Assembly: GCA_964550035.1 (NCBI GenBank)
Contig: CAZJVU010000001.1
Span: 147,990-211,989 of the forward strand
Direction: 5' to 3'
Length of the DNA: 64,000 nucleotides
Source of the DNA: an uncultured Candidatus Saccharibacteria bacterium
GTDB taxonomy: Bacteria > Patescibacteriota > Saccharimonadia > Saccharimonadales > EFPC-124
Shown here: one piece after another, positions 63,650-64,000 of the stretch
Position numbering within the stretch: the stretch's first letter is position 1
Layout: each line of letters opens with the position of its first letter
Position numbers and translations under genes: made by a program
The notes under the pieces: generated by a model
Seen by the model: the letters and a program-made list of their open reading frames with translations, nothing else
Databases searched by the model: none
What the model was told of the DNA's origin: nothing

Positions 63650-64000
63650 ATGATTGATTACCTTCTGGACGAACTCAACCCAGAGCAGCGTGCTGCTGCC
63701 GAACAGACTGATGGCCCGGTGCTTATCCTGGCCGGTGCCGGCTCAGGCAAAACTAAAACATTGACGCATCGCATCGCTTACCTCATTGCCAAGAGGGGAG
63801 TGCGCCCAGAGAATATCCTGGCCGTGACGTTTACCAACAAAGCTGCCAAAGAGATGCGCGAACGCCTTGGCAAACTGCTAGGCCGCGCCGGTAATGATCG
63901 AAGTTTCATGCCGTTTATGGGCACATTCCACAGTATTTGCGTGCGATTACTACGGTTCGATGGCGAGTCGATTGGCGTGCCAAAGAACTACGTTATCTTT
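63650..64000 (+). CDS. uvrD: UvrD/PcrA-type ATP-dependent DNA helicase (N-terminal 117 codons; continues beyond the window)
   Basis: [10 protein letters not shown], Walker [20 protein letters not shown], and [14 protein letters not shown]. Confidence 0.85.
   Translation, partial: MIDYLLDELNPEQRAAAEQTDGPVLILAGAGSGKTKTLTHRIAYLIAKRGVRPENILAVTFTNKAAKEMRERLGKLLGRAGNDRSFMPFMGTFHSICVRLLRFDGESIGVPKNYVIF

Noticed and set aside
1-64000. CRISPR arrays, rRNA genes, IS elements and prophage
   Set aside because: I found no regularly spaced direct repeats, no rRNA-like conserved stretches, and no transposase, integrase, capsid or terminase motifs in any listed ORF or in the sequence I read.

Overview
This window is 64 kb of a gene-dense bacterial chromosome that is roughly half G+C by eye. 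The backbone looks like a reduced Patescibacteria/Saccharibacteria (TM7)-type genome; that taxon call is inferred from gene content only. Backbone genes include a phosphoketolase-acetate kinase operon, folD, pyk, pgk-tpiA, tatAC, a DD-carboxypeptidase, an L,D-transpeptidase, umuDC, a DnaQ/GIY-YIG (Cho-like) nuclease and the start of uvrD/pcrA. There is also an orphan histidine kinase, an orphan receiver protein, several transporters, and many secreted or membrane-anchored proteins. Two of these are paralogous PKD-repeat proteins with an LPNTS sortase-type sorting signal. Two tRNAs are present (Lys-CUU, Glu-UUC). I saw no rRNA, CRISPR array, transposase, integrase or phage structural genes.

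The most unusual feature is about sixteen short, sharply GC-richer single-ORF cassettes scattered among the housekeeping genes. Each has its own Shine-Dalgarno site and a GC-rich terminator hairpin, and most sit directly behind an AT-rich sigma70-like promoter. Two flank tRNA-Lys and one lies next to tRNA-Glu.

Within that set, 62.1-63.6 kb holds two diverged tandem copies of an odd module. Each copy is a short RelE/ParE-like toxin with no co-oriented antitoxin, divergently paired with a small two-TM protein.

Other leads:
- A roughly 106-110 nt GC-rich rod-like hairpin occurs twice in opposite orientations (21.45 kb and 30.12 kb), with identical termini and compensatory stem changes.
- An overlapping PaaK-like ligase / ThiF-like E1 operon is convergent with an Acg-type nitroreductase.
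- In a surface-protein locus, a GC-rich foreign-looking secreted protein shares a CxPGIP cysteine motif with its native-looking neighbours.
- Several genes look decayed: a frameshifted RibD_C-type reductase, a start-less MazG remnant and a shortened AraC-type regulator.

All functional calls come from motif recognition by eye. No database search was run.
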